Of a stretch of DNA of 64,000 nucleotides, positions 10,657-20,283 are shown piece after piece. This DNA is from an uncultured delta proteobacterium. Its GTDB lineage: Bacteria > Myxococcota > Myxococcia > Myxococcales > Myxococcaceae. The notes below the pieces were generated by a model. It was not told where the DNA came from and ran no database searches. It saw only the letters and a list, made by a program, of their open reading frames with translations. Both the position numbers and the translations under genes were made by a program. The stretch lies in assembly GCA_963771175.1 (NCBI GenBank), contig CAVYSY010000026.1, positions 32,001 to 96,000 on the forward strand. Reading direction: 5' to 3'. How positions within the stretch are numbered: the stretch's first letter is position 1; every line of letters starts with the position of its first letter.

Positions 10657-11709
10657 CTAGCCGACAACCTCGATGCCGGGCCGGCCCTCGCCCACCTCGC
10701 CAATGAGGGCAACGAACACACCGGCCCGCTCCAGGGCACGGATGGCCTTGGCCGCGTCACGCGCCGGCACCGAGGCCAGCAGGCCCCCGTTGGTCTGCGC
10801 GTCGGCGAGCACCCACTGGATGTCCTCGGGCAGCCCCTTGGGGAAGCGCACCTTCTTGGCCACGTGGGCGAGGTTGGACTTCGTCCCGCCGGGCACCACG
10901 CCCTGCTGTGCCAGCGTCGGCACCTCCGAGATGATGGGGATGCGCTCCAGGTCCAGGAAGGCCTTCGCCTTGGCGCCCGTCATCATCTCCAGCAGGTGTC
11001 CCAGCAGGCCGTAACCCGTCACGTCCGTGAGGGCGTTCACCTTGAACTTGCCCGAGGCGAACACCTCGCCGGCCCGCTTGTTGAGCGCGGACATCAGCTC
11101 CACCACGCGCTCCGTCAGCTCCTCGGAGGCCAGCCCGCGCTTGATGGCCGTGGTGGCGATGCCCGAGCCCAGCGGCTTGGTCAGCAGCAGCACGTCGCCC
11201 GGCTTCGCCCCGGCGTTGGTCAGCACCTTCTTCGGGTGCACCTGACCCGTCACCGCCAGCCCGTACTTGGGCTCGGGGTCCTGCACCGAGTGCCCGCCCA
11301 GGATGGGGATGCCCGCCTCGTCCGCCTTCGACTGGCCGCCCGCGAGAATCTTCGACAGCACATCCATCGGCTGGTCCTTCGGGAAGCCGACCAGGTTGAG
11401 CGCGAACAGCGGCTTCGCGCCCATGGCGTAGATGTCCGACAGCGCATTCGCCGCCGCGATGGCCCCGAACTGGAACGGGTCGTCCACCACCGGTGGGAAG
11501 AAATCCACCGTGCTCACCAGCGCCATCCCCGGCGCCACGCGATACACGGCCGCATCATCGTTGGTGTTGAAGCCCACCAGCGCCCTCGTGTCCTTCGAAG
11601 TCTTCAATTGGCGCAGAACCTGCGCCAGGTCCGCGGCCCGGATCTTGGCCGCTCAACCCGCACAGTGCGCCAGCTCGGTGAGCCGGCGCGGCTTCTGCTC
11701 TTCGGACAC
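10657..11709 (-). CDS. selD: Selenide, water dikinase (selenophosphate synthetase), selenocysteine-containing
   Basis: GTG 11709 after GAGGT: MSEEQKPRRLTELAHCAG-UGA-AAKI... continues in frame into NDDAAVY, STVDFFPP, AAANALSDIYAMG, GGHS, TDVTGYGLLGH, DAQTNGGLL. UGA at 11653-11655 occupies the catalytic Cys/Sec position. Confidence 0.95.
11609..11627 (-). promoter_or_regulatory. Bacterial SECIS-like hairpin
   Basis: TGGCGCAG-GTT-CTGCGCCA perfect 8-bp stem beginning 25 nt after the UGA; apex GCAGGUUCUGC resembles the E. coli fdhF SECIS apex GCAGGUCUGC. Confidence 0.75.
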
Positions 11710-11749
11710 GGTAGACCTCATGACTTCGGGTGACGGGTGTTGAAGGGAC

Positions 11750-12703
11750 TCAGATGGAGCGCACGTACTCGCGCTTGAGGAGCTGCAGCACCGCCTCGGC
11801 CGCCTGGACGTCGTCCTGCTCCGAGTGGTCCAGCACCCCACCCAGCGAGCCGTAGTTGTGCACGAGCTGCAGCACGTCCAGCAGCTCCGGCGACAGCTCG
11901 CGCAGCGGCGCCGTCATCGGCATGGCCAGCGTGAGCTGGGTGGCGAACGCCGGCAGGTCCTTCTGGATGCGCTTGTACTCGTCGAGCTGGCGCAGCGCGT
12001 CCATCAGCAGCGCCTCGGTGGACGAGTCCATCTCCACCATGAACTCCTGGGGATCGGCCGGACGCAGCTCGAAGTCGCCCTGCTCCCAGGTGACGATGCG
12101 GTTGAAGCTCTTCTGCGGCCCCAGGTTGTGGTTGTCGTCGATGACCGCGTAGTACACGCGGCCCTGGCGCAGGTAGATGCGTCCCTCGTGCTCGTTGCTC
12201 ACCACCAGCACGCCGTTCTTCTTGGACGTGTGGAAGAGCTGGAGCAGGTCGGGCAGCGGAATCTCCTCGATCTTCCCCGTCATGGACGAGGCCTTCGTCG
12301 AGGTACGTGCCGCCTGGGCCGCCGCCGCCTCCTCCAGCTTCTGCTTGGCCATGGCGTCGTCGACCTCGCCAACGCCGGCGCCCTGCTGGATGAGCTTGAG
12401 GATGGAGGTCCCGATGAGGATGCGGTCCCCTTCCTTCAGCGTCGCCTGCTTCACCTTCTCGCCATTGACGAAGGTGCCGTTGGTCGAGCCCAGGTCCTCG
12501 ATGGAGATCTGACCGGCCCCGTTGACGATGATGCGCGCGTGCTTGCGCGACACCATGTCCTCGACGAGCACCATGTCGAGCTCGCTCGAACGACCGATGA
12601 CGATCTGCCGCTCCGCCTTCAGGGGGAACTCACCACCCTGGTACTTGCCGGAGATGAACTTGAGCGCGTACGCCCTTGCCGCCGATCCGCTCGGAGTGCT
12701 CAC
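11750..12703 (-). CDS. FHA domain + DUF4388-like domain protein
   Basis: FHA motifs IGR, VSRKHA, DLGSTNGTFVNG; then MTGKIEEIPLPDLLQL...KNGVL...GRIYLRQGRVYYA...W.QGDFE. Confidence 0.85.
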   Translation of the reverse strand: MSTPSGSAARAYALKFISGKYQGGEFPLKAERQIVIGRSSELDMVLVEDMVSRKHARIIVNGAGQISIEDLGSTNGTFVNGEKVKQATLKEGDRILIGTSILKLIQQGAGVGEVDDAMAKQKLEEAAAAQAARTSTKASSMTGKIEEIPLPDLLQLFHTSKKNGVLVVSNEHEGRIYLRQGRVYYAVIDDNHNLGPQKSFNRIVTWEQGDFELRPADPQEFMVEMDSSTEALLMDALRQLDEYKRIQKDLPAFATQLTLAMPMTAPLRELSPELLDVLQLVHNYGSLGGVLDHSEQDDVQAAEAVLQLLKREYVRSI

Positions 12704-12806
12704 GGTGCTACGACCTCGAGATGATGAGTGTTGCCATGGCGCTCAGCTTCCCCTCGCCACTCCTCCGCCCCACCTCAGCCGAGCCCTGCTGAGAACCGCG
12801 CCTAGC

Positions 12807-13517
12807 CTACATGAGACCGGGCGAAAACAAGAATTCCTCCCCGCTACGAATCAACGAGAGCCGGCGCTGACCCCGATCATCCACGGGCCGGGAGGGAAGA
12901 TCCCCCTCCAACCGCCACTCCTCGGTCGCCACCGCCTCGTCCCGTTCGAGTCGCAGGTACCACGCCTGCGCCTGGTAGCGGCGCCGCTGGAGCGCCAGCA
13001 CCTTGTCCAGCTCCGCCTCCCCTCCCGGGTCGCCCTGCGCCCCCGGAGCCCGAAGCGCCATGAGGGTTTTCCGCTCCCCTGCCTCCAGCGCCCGGCGCCG
13101 GGCCTCCAGCGCGCCCACCACCGCCGCCAGCCGGGGCGCGGCCAGTCCTTCCGGCACCCACTGCCGCCCCCGGAGGACGAAGGGCACCTGCTCCACGCCC
13201 AGGGAGCTGACCTCGGTGCGCCCCAGCCGGCCCGAGAAGTCCAGGGTGGCCGAGGCCACGGCGCGCTGGCCCCCCGGCTCCACGCTGACGGTGATGCGCG
13301 CGAAGTGGTGCTGCTGGGAGATGAGCGGCGCTCCCGCCCCGGGGATGGCCAGCTCCAGCCCGTCCCGCTCGGAGCTCTTGAGCGCGGTGATGATCTCCGC
13401 TTCCGGCCCGGCCGCCATCCCCAACAGGCGTGGCATCAGCACCGTCAGTGCGACCCCGACGGCCAGCAGGGCGATGAGCACACCGCCCAGCCGGCTCCAG
13501 TCCTCGGTGCTCCTCAC
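12807..13517 (-). CDS. Hypothetical membrane-anchored protein
   Basis: 236-aa ORF with one N-terminal TM segment; 4-nt overlap with the bamD stop. Confidence 0.7.
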   Translation of the reverse strand: MRSTEDWSRLGGVLIALLAVGVALTVLMPRLLGMAAGPEAEIITALKSSERDGLELAIPGAGAPLISQQHHFARITVSVEPGGQRAVASATLDFSGRLGRTEVSSLGVEQVPFVLRGRQWVPEGLAAPRLAAVVGALEARRRALEAGERKTLMALRAPGAQGDPGGEAELDKVLALQRRRYQAQAWYLRLERDEAVATEEWRLEGDLPSRPVDDRGQRRLSLIRSGEEFLFSPGLM

Positions 13518-14290
13518 GAGCCCATCAGACGCCGGGCGCGCTCCGCGGCGGGCGTCCCCGGAAGGCGCTCGATGATCCGCTGCAACGTCTGCCTCGCACG
13601 CTCGGTGTCATTGAGCCGCACATAGGCGTCGTGCAGGTCGAAGAGGGCATCCTCCTCGAGCGAGGTGCCCGGATACTCCTTCAGCAGCCCCTCCAGCCGC
13701 TGCGCCACGGCCTTCCAGCGCTCGCGCTTGGCGTAGAACCTGGCCACGTACATCTCGTGCTCGGCCAGCCGCTGGCGCGTCTCCTCCAACTTCTGCTTCG
13801 CCTCGGGGGTGTACTCGGACTCGGGGTACTGGCGGATGAACTCATTGAGCGAGCGCAACGCGGCCTGCACCTCGGTCTGGTCCTTCTGCGTCGAGGGAGG
13901 CAGGAGGAAGAAGTCCGAGGGGATGTCCTGGAAGTGGCTGAGGGCCATCTGGTACGCGGCGTAGTCCACCCGGGCGTGCGTGGGGTGGAGCTTGATGAAG
14001 GACTGGTACTTCTCGCGCGCCTCGGCGTACTTCTCCTGGGCGAAGTCGAGGTCCGCCAGCTTCAACTCGGCCTCGTTGGCCGCATCGAGGTAGGGGTACT
14101 TGGTCCGGACGTGCTCGAAGTACTTCTCGGCCTGGAAGAAGTCCTTCCGATCCAGGGCCTCGTCGCCCAGGCGGAGGTTGGCCTCGGCATCGGTACCGTA
14201 GTCGGGATCCCCAGGCTGGCCGGCGGAGAGGGCCGCGCAGCCGGCGGCGGACAGGAGGGCAGTCAGGCAGACAGCTCGAAGGAGACGCAT
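13514..14290 (-). CDS. bamD: Outer membrane protein assembly factor BamD
   Basis: Lipobox AAGC, TPR helices, FIKLHPTH..VDYAAY, DQTEVQAAL, LAEHEMYVARFY.KR..W.A. Confidence 0.9.
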   Translation of the reverse strand: MRLLRAVCLTALLSAAGCAALSAGQPGDPDYGTDAEANLRLGDEALDRKDFFQAEKYFEHVRTKYPYLDAANEAELKLADLDFAQEKYAEAREKYQSFIKLHPTHARVDYAAYQMALSHFQDIPSDFFLLPPSTQKDQTEVQAALRSLNEFIRQYPESEYTPEAKQKLEETRQRLAEHEMYVARFYAKRERWKAVAQRLEGLLKEYPGTSLEEDALFDLHDAYVRLNDTERARQTLQRIIERLPGTPAAERARRLMGS

Positions 14291-14305
14291 GGGTAGGGAA
14301 GCAAG

Positions 14306-14812
14306 CTAATCGTCCGGACCGGAAGGTTCCAGCGTCGCGTCACCAAGTACCCGCTGGATGACGTCTTCGGAGAAGCCCCGGCTGACCAGGAGACGGCCGG
14401 CCCGCGCGTACTCCTTGGGCTCCAGCTTCCGGCCCGACAACCCCCGCTGCTCCAGCACCTGGCGCGCGGCGGCCTCCGCGTCGAACTCCACCGTGTCGCT
14501 GGCCGAGGCCACCGCCGCCTGGGCCTGCTCTCGGCTCAGCCCATGGGCCCGCAGCCGCTGCTGCACCGCCTGGGGGCCGTACCTGCCCCGCTGCAGCAGC
14601 ACCGCCGCCCGCTCCCGGGCGAAGCGCTCGTCGTCCAGGTAGCCCCAGCCCTGGACCTGCGCCAGCGCGGCGGTGCGCACCGGCTCGGAGAAGCCCTTGC
14701 GCTCGAGCGCCGTCAGCAATTCGTGCCGGCTGCGGCCCCGGACGGCCAACAGTCGCAGGCACGCGTCCGTCGCGCGCCTGACTTCCTCGGGGGTGGCATC
14801 CTCGGAGTCCAT
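14306..14812 (-). CDS. recX: Regulatory protein RecX
   Basis: LRLLAVRGRSRHEL..AL.RKGF, GYLDDERFA, YGP..V...L...G, LVSRGFS. Confidence 0.88.
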   Translation of the reverse strand: MDSEDATPEEVRRATDACLRLLAVRGRSRHELLTALERKGFSEPVRTAALAQVQGWGYLDDERFARERAAVLLQRGRYGPQAVQQRLRAHGLSREQAQAAVASASDTVEFDAEAAARQVLEQRGLSGRKLEPKEYARAGRLLVSRGFSEDVIQRVLGDATLEPSGPDD

Positions 14813-14846
14813 CGCCTGCTCTCTAGCATGTGGTAACAGGCGCGGC

Positions 14847-15587
14847 ATGCACCCCCTCATCGCCCGCTACCTCAGCCCCGAAGCCGCCCGCGAGACGCTC
14901 CTGAAGGAGAAGAACGGCGAGCCGCTCGAGCCCGAAGAGCGGCTCTTCGCCGAGACCGCCGCCGCCCACCCCGACAAGCGCAATGACCTGCTGGGCGGCA
15001 AGGGCAAGCGCCACCTCTCCTCGGATGCCGAGGCGGCGGTCGTCTTCCTGGCCTCCTACGCCGCCACGCGCGCCATCGCCGAGGACCCGGCGCTCTCCAC
15101 CGCCACCGCCAAGGCCCGGGAGGCCCTCGGTGCCGAGGGGGCCACCCCCGACGAGACGGATGCCTTCATCGCCTCCATCCTCCTGGAGGAGGCCTTCGGC
15201 TACGAGGAGGAGATGGAGGCCTTCGACCGCTCGTACGTGGAGGAGACGCTCGGAGAGGTGCCCGCCCTGGCCGCCCTCACCCGCGAGCAGGTGGACGCCC
15301 TCATCTACGGCTTCGAGAAGGCGAGCAAGGACGAGACCGAGCGGGACGTGCGTGCGCGCATCGCCCGGGCCCTGGTGAACATCGCCTGGGGCGAGGGGCC
15401 CACCCCCATCAACCCCGAGCACATGGAGGCGCTCTTCGAGTCGGAGATCGCCGACAAGCCCGAGGCCGAGATGGAAGCCGGCCTGCGCGCCACCGTGGAG
15501 TTCCTGCAGGTGCTCGCGAAGGAGGGGCTCATCGGGCCCCAGCGGCTCACGCGCCTGCGGGCACAGCTTGGGGACGAGGAGGCGTAG
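14847..15587 (+). CDS. Hypothetical acidic alpha-helical protein
   Basis: ORF from MHPLIARYLSPE with strong GC3 codon bias; divergent from recX. Confidence 0.72.
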   Translation: MHPLIARYLSPEAARETLLKEKNGEPLEPEERLFAETAAAHPDKRNDLLGGKGKRHLSSDAEAAVVFLASYAATRAIAEDPALSTATAKAREALGAEGATPDETDAFIASILLEEAFGYEEEMEAFDRSYVEETLGEVPALAALTREQVDALIYGFEKASKDETERDVRARIARALVNIAWGEGPTPINPEHMEALFESEIADKPEAEMEAGLRATVEFLQVLAKEGLIGPQRLTRLRAQLGDEEA

Positions 15588-15613
15588 GCTCCCGCCTCCC
15601 CGGGAGAGGGGTG

Positions 15614-17476
15614 CTACGCGGCGTCCTGTCTGGAGCCCGGAGTCTTCCCCTCCCCGCCCTCCGTCGAGGCCACCAGCGCGGCCAGTTCCTCCCCCGACAT
15701 CACCTCCTGGGAGAGCAGCCGCGCCGCCCCGGTCCGGAGCAGCTCGATGCGCTCGCTGAGCACCCGCGTCACCCTCGCGTGCTGCGAGTCCAGGAGTCCT
15801 CGAATCTCCTGGTCGATGCGCCGCGCCAGCTCCTCGCTGTAGTCGCCGCGCGCGCCCGGCAGGCTCCCGTCGTACAGCGGCGAGCGGCGCTCCAGGTCGA
15901 ACGTCACCGGGCCCAGCGAGTCGCTCATCCCGTACCCCTTCACCATGCTCCGGGCGATGTCCGTGGCCTTCAGCAGGTCGTCCTGCGCCCCGGTGGAGAC
16001 TTCCCCGTAGACGAGCTCCTCGGCCACCCGGCCTCCCAGCAGCACGGCGATGCGCGCCTCCAGCTCGCCGCGCGTCATCATGTAGCGGTCCTCCGTGGGC
16101 AGTTGCAGCGTGTACCCCAGCGCGCCAATCCCCCGCGGGATGATGGAGATCTTCTTCACCGTCTGGCCCGACGCGAGCACGGCGCTCGTCAGCGCATGGC
16201 CCATCTCATGGTGCGCCACGCGCTCGCGCTCCAGGGGCGACAGCACGAGGTTGCGCTTCTCCGGGCCCGCCACCACCCGCTCCACCGCCTCCTCCAGCTC
16301 GGCGCGCCCCACCGTCTGCTTCTGCCGACGCACCGCCAGCAGCACCGCCTCGTTGAGGATGTTGGCCAGGTCCGCGCCCACCGCCCCCACCGTCATCGCC
16401 GCCACGAACTCCAGGTCCTTCTCGGCCTCCAGGGGCATCTTGCGCGCGTGCACCTTCAGGATGGCCAGCCGCCCCGCCCGGTCCGGCCGGTCCACCCGCA
16501 CGTGCCGATCGAAGCGCCCGGCGCGCAGCAGCGCCGGGTCCAGTATCTCCGCCCGGTTCGTCGCCGCCATCAGGATGACACCCACGCGCGGGTCGAACCC
16601 GTCCAGCTCCACCAGGAGCTGATTGAGCGTCTGCTCGCGCTCCTCGTGCGCGTTGGGCCCCGTGCCGCGCACCTTCCCGAGCGCGTCCAGCTCGTCGATG
16701 AAGATGATGCACGGCGCCTTCTGGTGCGCCTGGGCGAACAGGTCGCGCACCCGCGCGGCGCCGACGCCCACGAACATCTCCACGAACTCCGAGCCGCTCA
16801 TGCTGAAGAAGGGGACCTTGGCCTCGCCCGCCACCGCCCGCGCCAGCAGCGTCTTGCCCGTGCCCGGCGGGCCCACCAGGAGGATGCCCTTGGGTACCTT
16901 GCCCCCCATCCGGGTGAACTTGTCCGGCGAGCGCAGGAACTCGATGACCTCCTGCAGCTCGCCCTTGGCCTCGTCCACGCCCGCCACGTCGGAGAAGCGC
17001 ACGGGGATGGACTTCTCCACGTACACCTTCGCCTTGCTGCGCCCCACGGACATGTAGCCCCCGGGCCCGCCCGTCCCCGCCGACGACTGCACCCGCATCA
17101 GCAGGAAGACGAGCCCCAGCGGCAGCAGCCACAGCCCGAGGTGCAGCCACGGGTTGCCCGGCACCGACCCCGTCACCTTCACCTTGTGCGCCAGCAGCTC
17201 GCGCGTCAGCTCCGGGTCATCCACCCGGATGACGGAGAAGGCGCGCGGCTCCGCCCCCTCCTTCTCGGGCGTCAGCTTTCCGCTGATTCGCTCGGGAGAG
17301 ACGGTCACCTCTCGCACCTGACCCGTGGCCAGGGCCTCGCGAAACTCGGTGTACGCGAACGAGGGGCGCTCCACGCGCTCCAGCATCTGGTAGCCCAGCG
17401 CCAGCAGCACCACGAACAGCAGCGCGTGCCACCATCGGTTGCGCACCACGGGGGGTTTGGGGGGCTCGGGGGTCAT
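15614..17476 (-). CDS. ftsH: ATP-dependent zinc metalloprotease FtsH (paralog)
   Basis: Two TMs, [61 protein letters not shown]. Confidence 0.95.
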   Translation of the reverse strand: MTPEPPKPPVVRNRWWHALLFVVLLALGYQMLERVERPSFAYTEFREALATGQVREVTVSPERISGKLTPEKEGAEPRAFSVIRVDDPELTRELLAHKVKVTGSVPGNPWLHLGLWLLPLGLVFLLMRVQSSAGTGGPGGYMSVGRSKAKVYVEKSIPVRFSDVAGVDEAKGELQEVIEFLRSPDKFTRMGGKVPKGILLVGPPGTGKTLLARAVAGEAKVPFFSMSGSEFVEMFVGVGAARVRDLFAQAHQKAPCIIFIDELDALGKVRGTGPNAHEEREQTLNQLLVELDGFDPRVGVILMAATNRAEILDPALLRAGRFDRHVRVDRPDRAGRLAILKVHARKMPLEAEKDLEFVAAMTVGAVGADLANILNEAVLLAVRRQKQTVGRAELEEAVERVVAGPEKRNLVLSPLERERVAHHEMGHALTSAVLASGQTVKKISIIPRGIGALGYTLQLPTEDRYMMTRGELEARIAVLLGGRVAEELVYGEVSTGAQDDLLKATDIARSMVKGYGMSDSLGPVTFDLERRSPLYDGSLPGARGDYSEELARRIDQEIRGLLDSQHARVTRVLSERIELLRTGAARLLSQEVMSGEELAALVASTEGGEGKTPGSRQDAA

Positions 17477-17520
17477 CGTCAGGTTCTCTCTGCGGCCTCA
17501 CCGCCGCGGACGCACTGAAG

Positions 17521-17536
17521 AGCAAGCACCGTTCCA
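17521..17536 (-). promoter_or_regulatory. Sigma-54 -24/-12 promoter of ftsH
   Basis: TGGAACGGTGCTTGCT versus consensus TGGCACG-N4-TTGCW (1 mismatch), ending 45 nt upstream of the ATG. Confidence 0.65.
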
Positions 17537-17664
17537 CCGCCTGCGCCTCCAGCGACCCCCACGAGGGGGCCTGCAAGAGGTGCGGCGCGATACCTGCCGC
17601 CGCAAGGATTGCGGCGATGGAGGCCCGGATATACGCGCCAGGCCTCCCGGTCGCACTGCTCTCG

Positions 17665-17689
17665 AACTTGTCCACTTACTGTACAAGTT
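17665..17689. promoter_or_regulatory. Putative enhancer (bEBP upstream activating sequence)
   Basis: AACTTGT-N11-ACAAGTT inverted repeat about 130-150 bp upstream of the sigma-54 motif. Confidence 0.5.
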
Positions 17690-17744
17690 GCCGAAGACCG
17701 TGCCCGACGGCCCCCCCCTCCTGCACGGACTGTCCTCGGACGGC

Positions 17745-19120
17745 TTAGAAGCGCTCGATCTGGAAGTCGTCGTCGCCACTGGGAGGCTTGGCAGCGGGCG
17801 CCGGAGCCGCGGGACGAGGAGCCACCGCCGGAACCCCCGTGCGAGACGCGGACGCCGCCGCGGGAGCACCCGGGCGGGGCGCGGCACCGGGAGCGGGAAT
17901 CCCCGGACGGGGCGCGGCGAGCGCGGGCGCCGCACGAGCCGGAGTCGCGGCGGGAGCCTGGGGCTGCTGGTTCTGGCCGAACTGGTTCGTCCCCGGCACG
18001 GGCTTGGGGCCGCTGCCATCGAAGTCGTCCCACTTCGAGTCCGAGGTGGCGCTGATGCCGGAGAAGCGCAGCGCGAAGTCGTCCGGGTTGGTGGCCTGGC
18101 GGTGGGCCTCCTCGTAGGTGACGAGCCCCTGCCGCACCAGTGACATGAGCGACTGGTCGAAGGTCTGCATCCCGTAGGTGTCGAGGCCCTGGGCGATGGC
18201 GTCCGGGATCTCCTTGGTGCGGTCCTTGTCCTCGATGAGCTCCTTCACGCGGGCGGTGCAGCTTGCAGCATCTCCACCGCGGCCACGCGGCCCTTGCCGT
18301 CGGCGCGCGGCACCAGGCGCTGGCTCACCACCGCCTTGAGCACGCTCGCCCAGCTGGATGCGCACCTGCTTCTGCTGGTACGGCGGGAAGGCCGAGATGA
18401 TGCGGTTGATGGTCTCCGTGGCGTCCAGGGTGTGCAGCGTGGACATCACCAGGTGGCCCGTCTCCGCCGCGGTGAGCGCGGTCTCGATGGTCTCGAGGTC
18501 GCGCATTTCGCCGACGAGGATGACGTCCGGGTCCTGCCGCAGCGCGCTCTTCAGCGCCTGGGCGAAGGACATCGTGTCCACGCCCACCTCGCGCTGGTTC
18601 ACGATGGAGCGCTTGTCGCGGATGAGGAACTCGATCGGGTCCTCGATCGTCATGATGTGGTTGGTCTCGGTGGCGTTGATGTGATCGATCATCGCCGCGA
18701 GCGTGGTGGACTTGCCCGAGCCCGTGGTGCCGGTGACGAGGATGAGGCCGCGCTCCTCCAGGCGATCTTCTCCAGGACTGGCGGCAGCATCAGCTCCTTG
18801 ATGGTCATCACCTTGAAGGGGATGACGCGGAGCACCGCGCCGATGGTGCCGCGCTGCTGGAAGACGTTGACGCGGAAGCGGCCCAGCCCGGGCACGCCGT
18901 AGGCCAGGTCCACCTCGTTGCTCTGCTTGAACTTCTCCTTCTGGAACTCGTTCATGATCCCGAAGGCCATGCGCGCCACCTCCTCGGGCGGCAGGCGCTT
19001 GCCGTCCTTCAGCGGCACCAGCGAGCCGTCCACCCGGAACATGGGCGGCAGGCCCGCCTTCAGGTGGATGTCGGAGGCACCGCCGCGCAGCGCGATCTGG
19101 AGGATCTCGTTGAGTTCCAT
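17745..19120 (-). CDS. pilT: PilT/PilU-family type IV pilus retraction ATPase paralog (frameshifted)
   Basis: GASDIHL, GRFRVNVFQQRG, GTTGSGKSTT, TIEDPIE, ALRQDPDVILVGEMRD, AAETGHLVMSTLHT, GMQTFDQSL; Pro/Ala-rich C-terminal tail. Confidence 0.9.
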
Positions 19121-19201
19121 GGATGGCTCGGGATGCTAGCACGTCCAACCGGCCGCGGAGACGAGGCGCCCGTCGAGGCCCGCGCGCCTGCCCTGGCCCG
19201 C

Positions 19202-19241
19202 AAAACACAACGGCGGAGGCCCCCGAGAGGACCCCCGCCGT
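19202..19241 (-). terminator. Rho-independent terminator of rplM-rpsI
   Basis: ACGGCGGGGGTCC-TCTC-GGGGGCCTCCGCCGT hairpin followed by TGTGTTTT on the minus strand. Confidence 0.65.
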
Positions 19242-19273
19242 GCGGGTGCTCCAGCGAAGTCCGGAACGACGGA

Positions 19274-19680
19274 TTAGCGCTTGGAGAACTGGAACCGGCG
19301 ACGCGCGCCCGGCTGGCCGTACTTCTTGCGCTCGACCGCGCGGGCGTCGCGGGTGAGGAAGCCGGCCTTCTTCAGCGGCGGGCGGAACTCGGGGTTGAGC
19401 ACGCACAGCGCGCGGGAGAGGCCGTGGCGGATGGCGCCGGCCTGGCCGCGAGAGGCCGCCGCCGCGCACGTTGACCGTCGATGTCGACCTTGCCCATCTG
19501 CTCGAGCACCTGGAGCGGCTGGTTGATGATCATCTTCGAGGTCTCGCGGCCGAAGTACTCGTCCATCGTCGCGGCCGTTGACGAGTCACGACGCCGGTGC
19601 CCGGCTTGATCCACACGCGCGCGGTGGACTCCTTGCGGCGGCCGGTGGCGTAGAAACCCTTGTCAGTGGCAGGTAGCCAT
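19274..19680 (-). CDS. rpsI: 30S ribosomal protein S9 (frameshifted in this sequence)
   Basis: [47 protein letters not shown]. Confidence 0.93.
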
Positions 19681-19714
19681 GTCGTCTTTCTCGTGTCTTG
19701 GGAAGGAAGAGCGC

Positions 19715-20163
19715 TTACGCCTCGACCTCGCGCGGCGACCGGCTTCTGCGCCGCGTGCGGGTGCTTGTCGCCGGCGTAGACCTTGAGCTTGGTCATCATC
19801 TGCCGGCCCAGCGCGTTGCGCGGCAGCATGCGGCGCACGGCGTTGAGGATGATGTCCTCGGGGTGCCGCGCGCGCAGCTTGGCGAGGTTGGTGGTCTTCA
19901 GGGCGCCCGGGAAACCGGCGCGCGGGTGCCGGTAGTACATCTTGTCCTGCTCCTTGGTGCCGGTGACCTTCACCTTGTCGGCGTTGATCACGATGACGTG
20001 GTCGCCGGTGTCGATCGACGGGGTGTACATCGGCTTGTGCTTGCCCTTGAGCAGGGTGGCGATCTGGCTGGCGGCGCGGCCGAGCACCTTGTCCGGACAC
20101 GTCGATGACGTGCCACTCGCGCTTGATGTCCGTCGGCTTCGCGCTGTAGGTCCTCTGCGACAT
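19715..20163 (-). CDS. rplM: 50S ribosomal protein L13 (frameshifted in this sequence)
   Basis: [65 protein letters not shown]. Confidence 0.95.
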
Positions 20164-20283
20164 TGTTTGAACTCCAGAAATCTTGTGGCGCCCGAAGCGC
20201 CTGTAGCCAGAGAACCGCGGTCCACCCGAGAACTTCCAAGCTGGCCCGGAAAGGGCGACCGTCTTAGAGGCGGGCGGGTCAAG

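Noticed and set aside
11653..11655. UGA in selD as a sequencing error or true stop
   Set aside because: It sits exactly at the catalytic residue, in an otherwise error-free stretch, and is followed by a SECIS-like hairpin.
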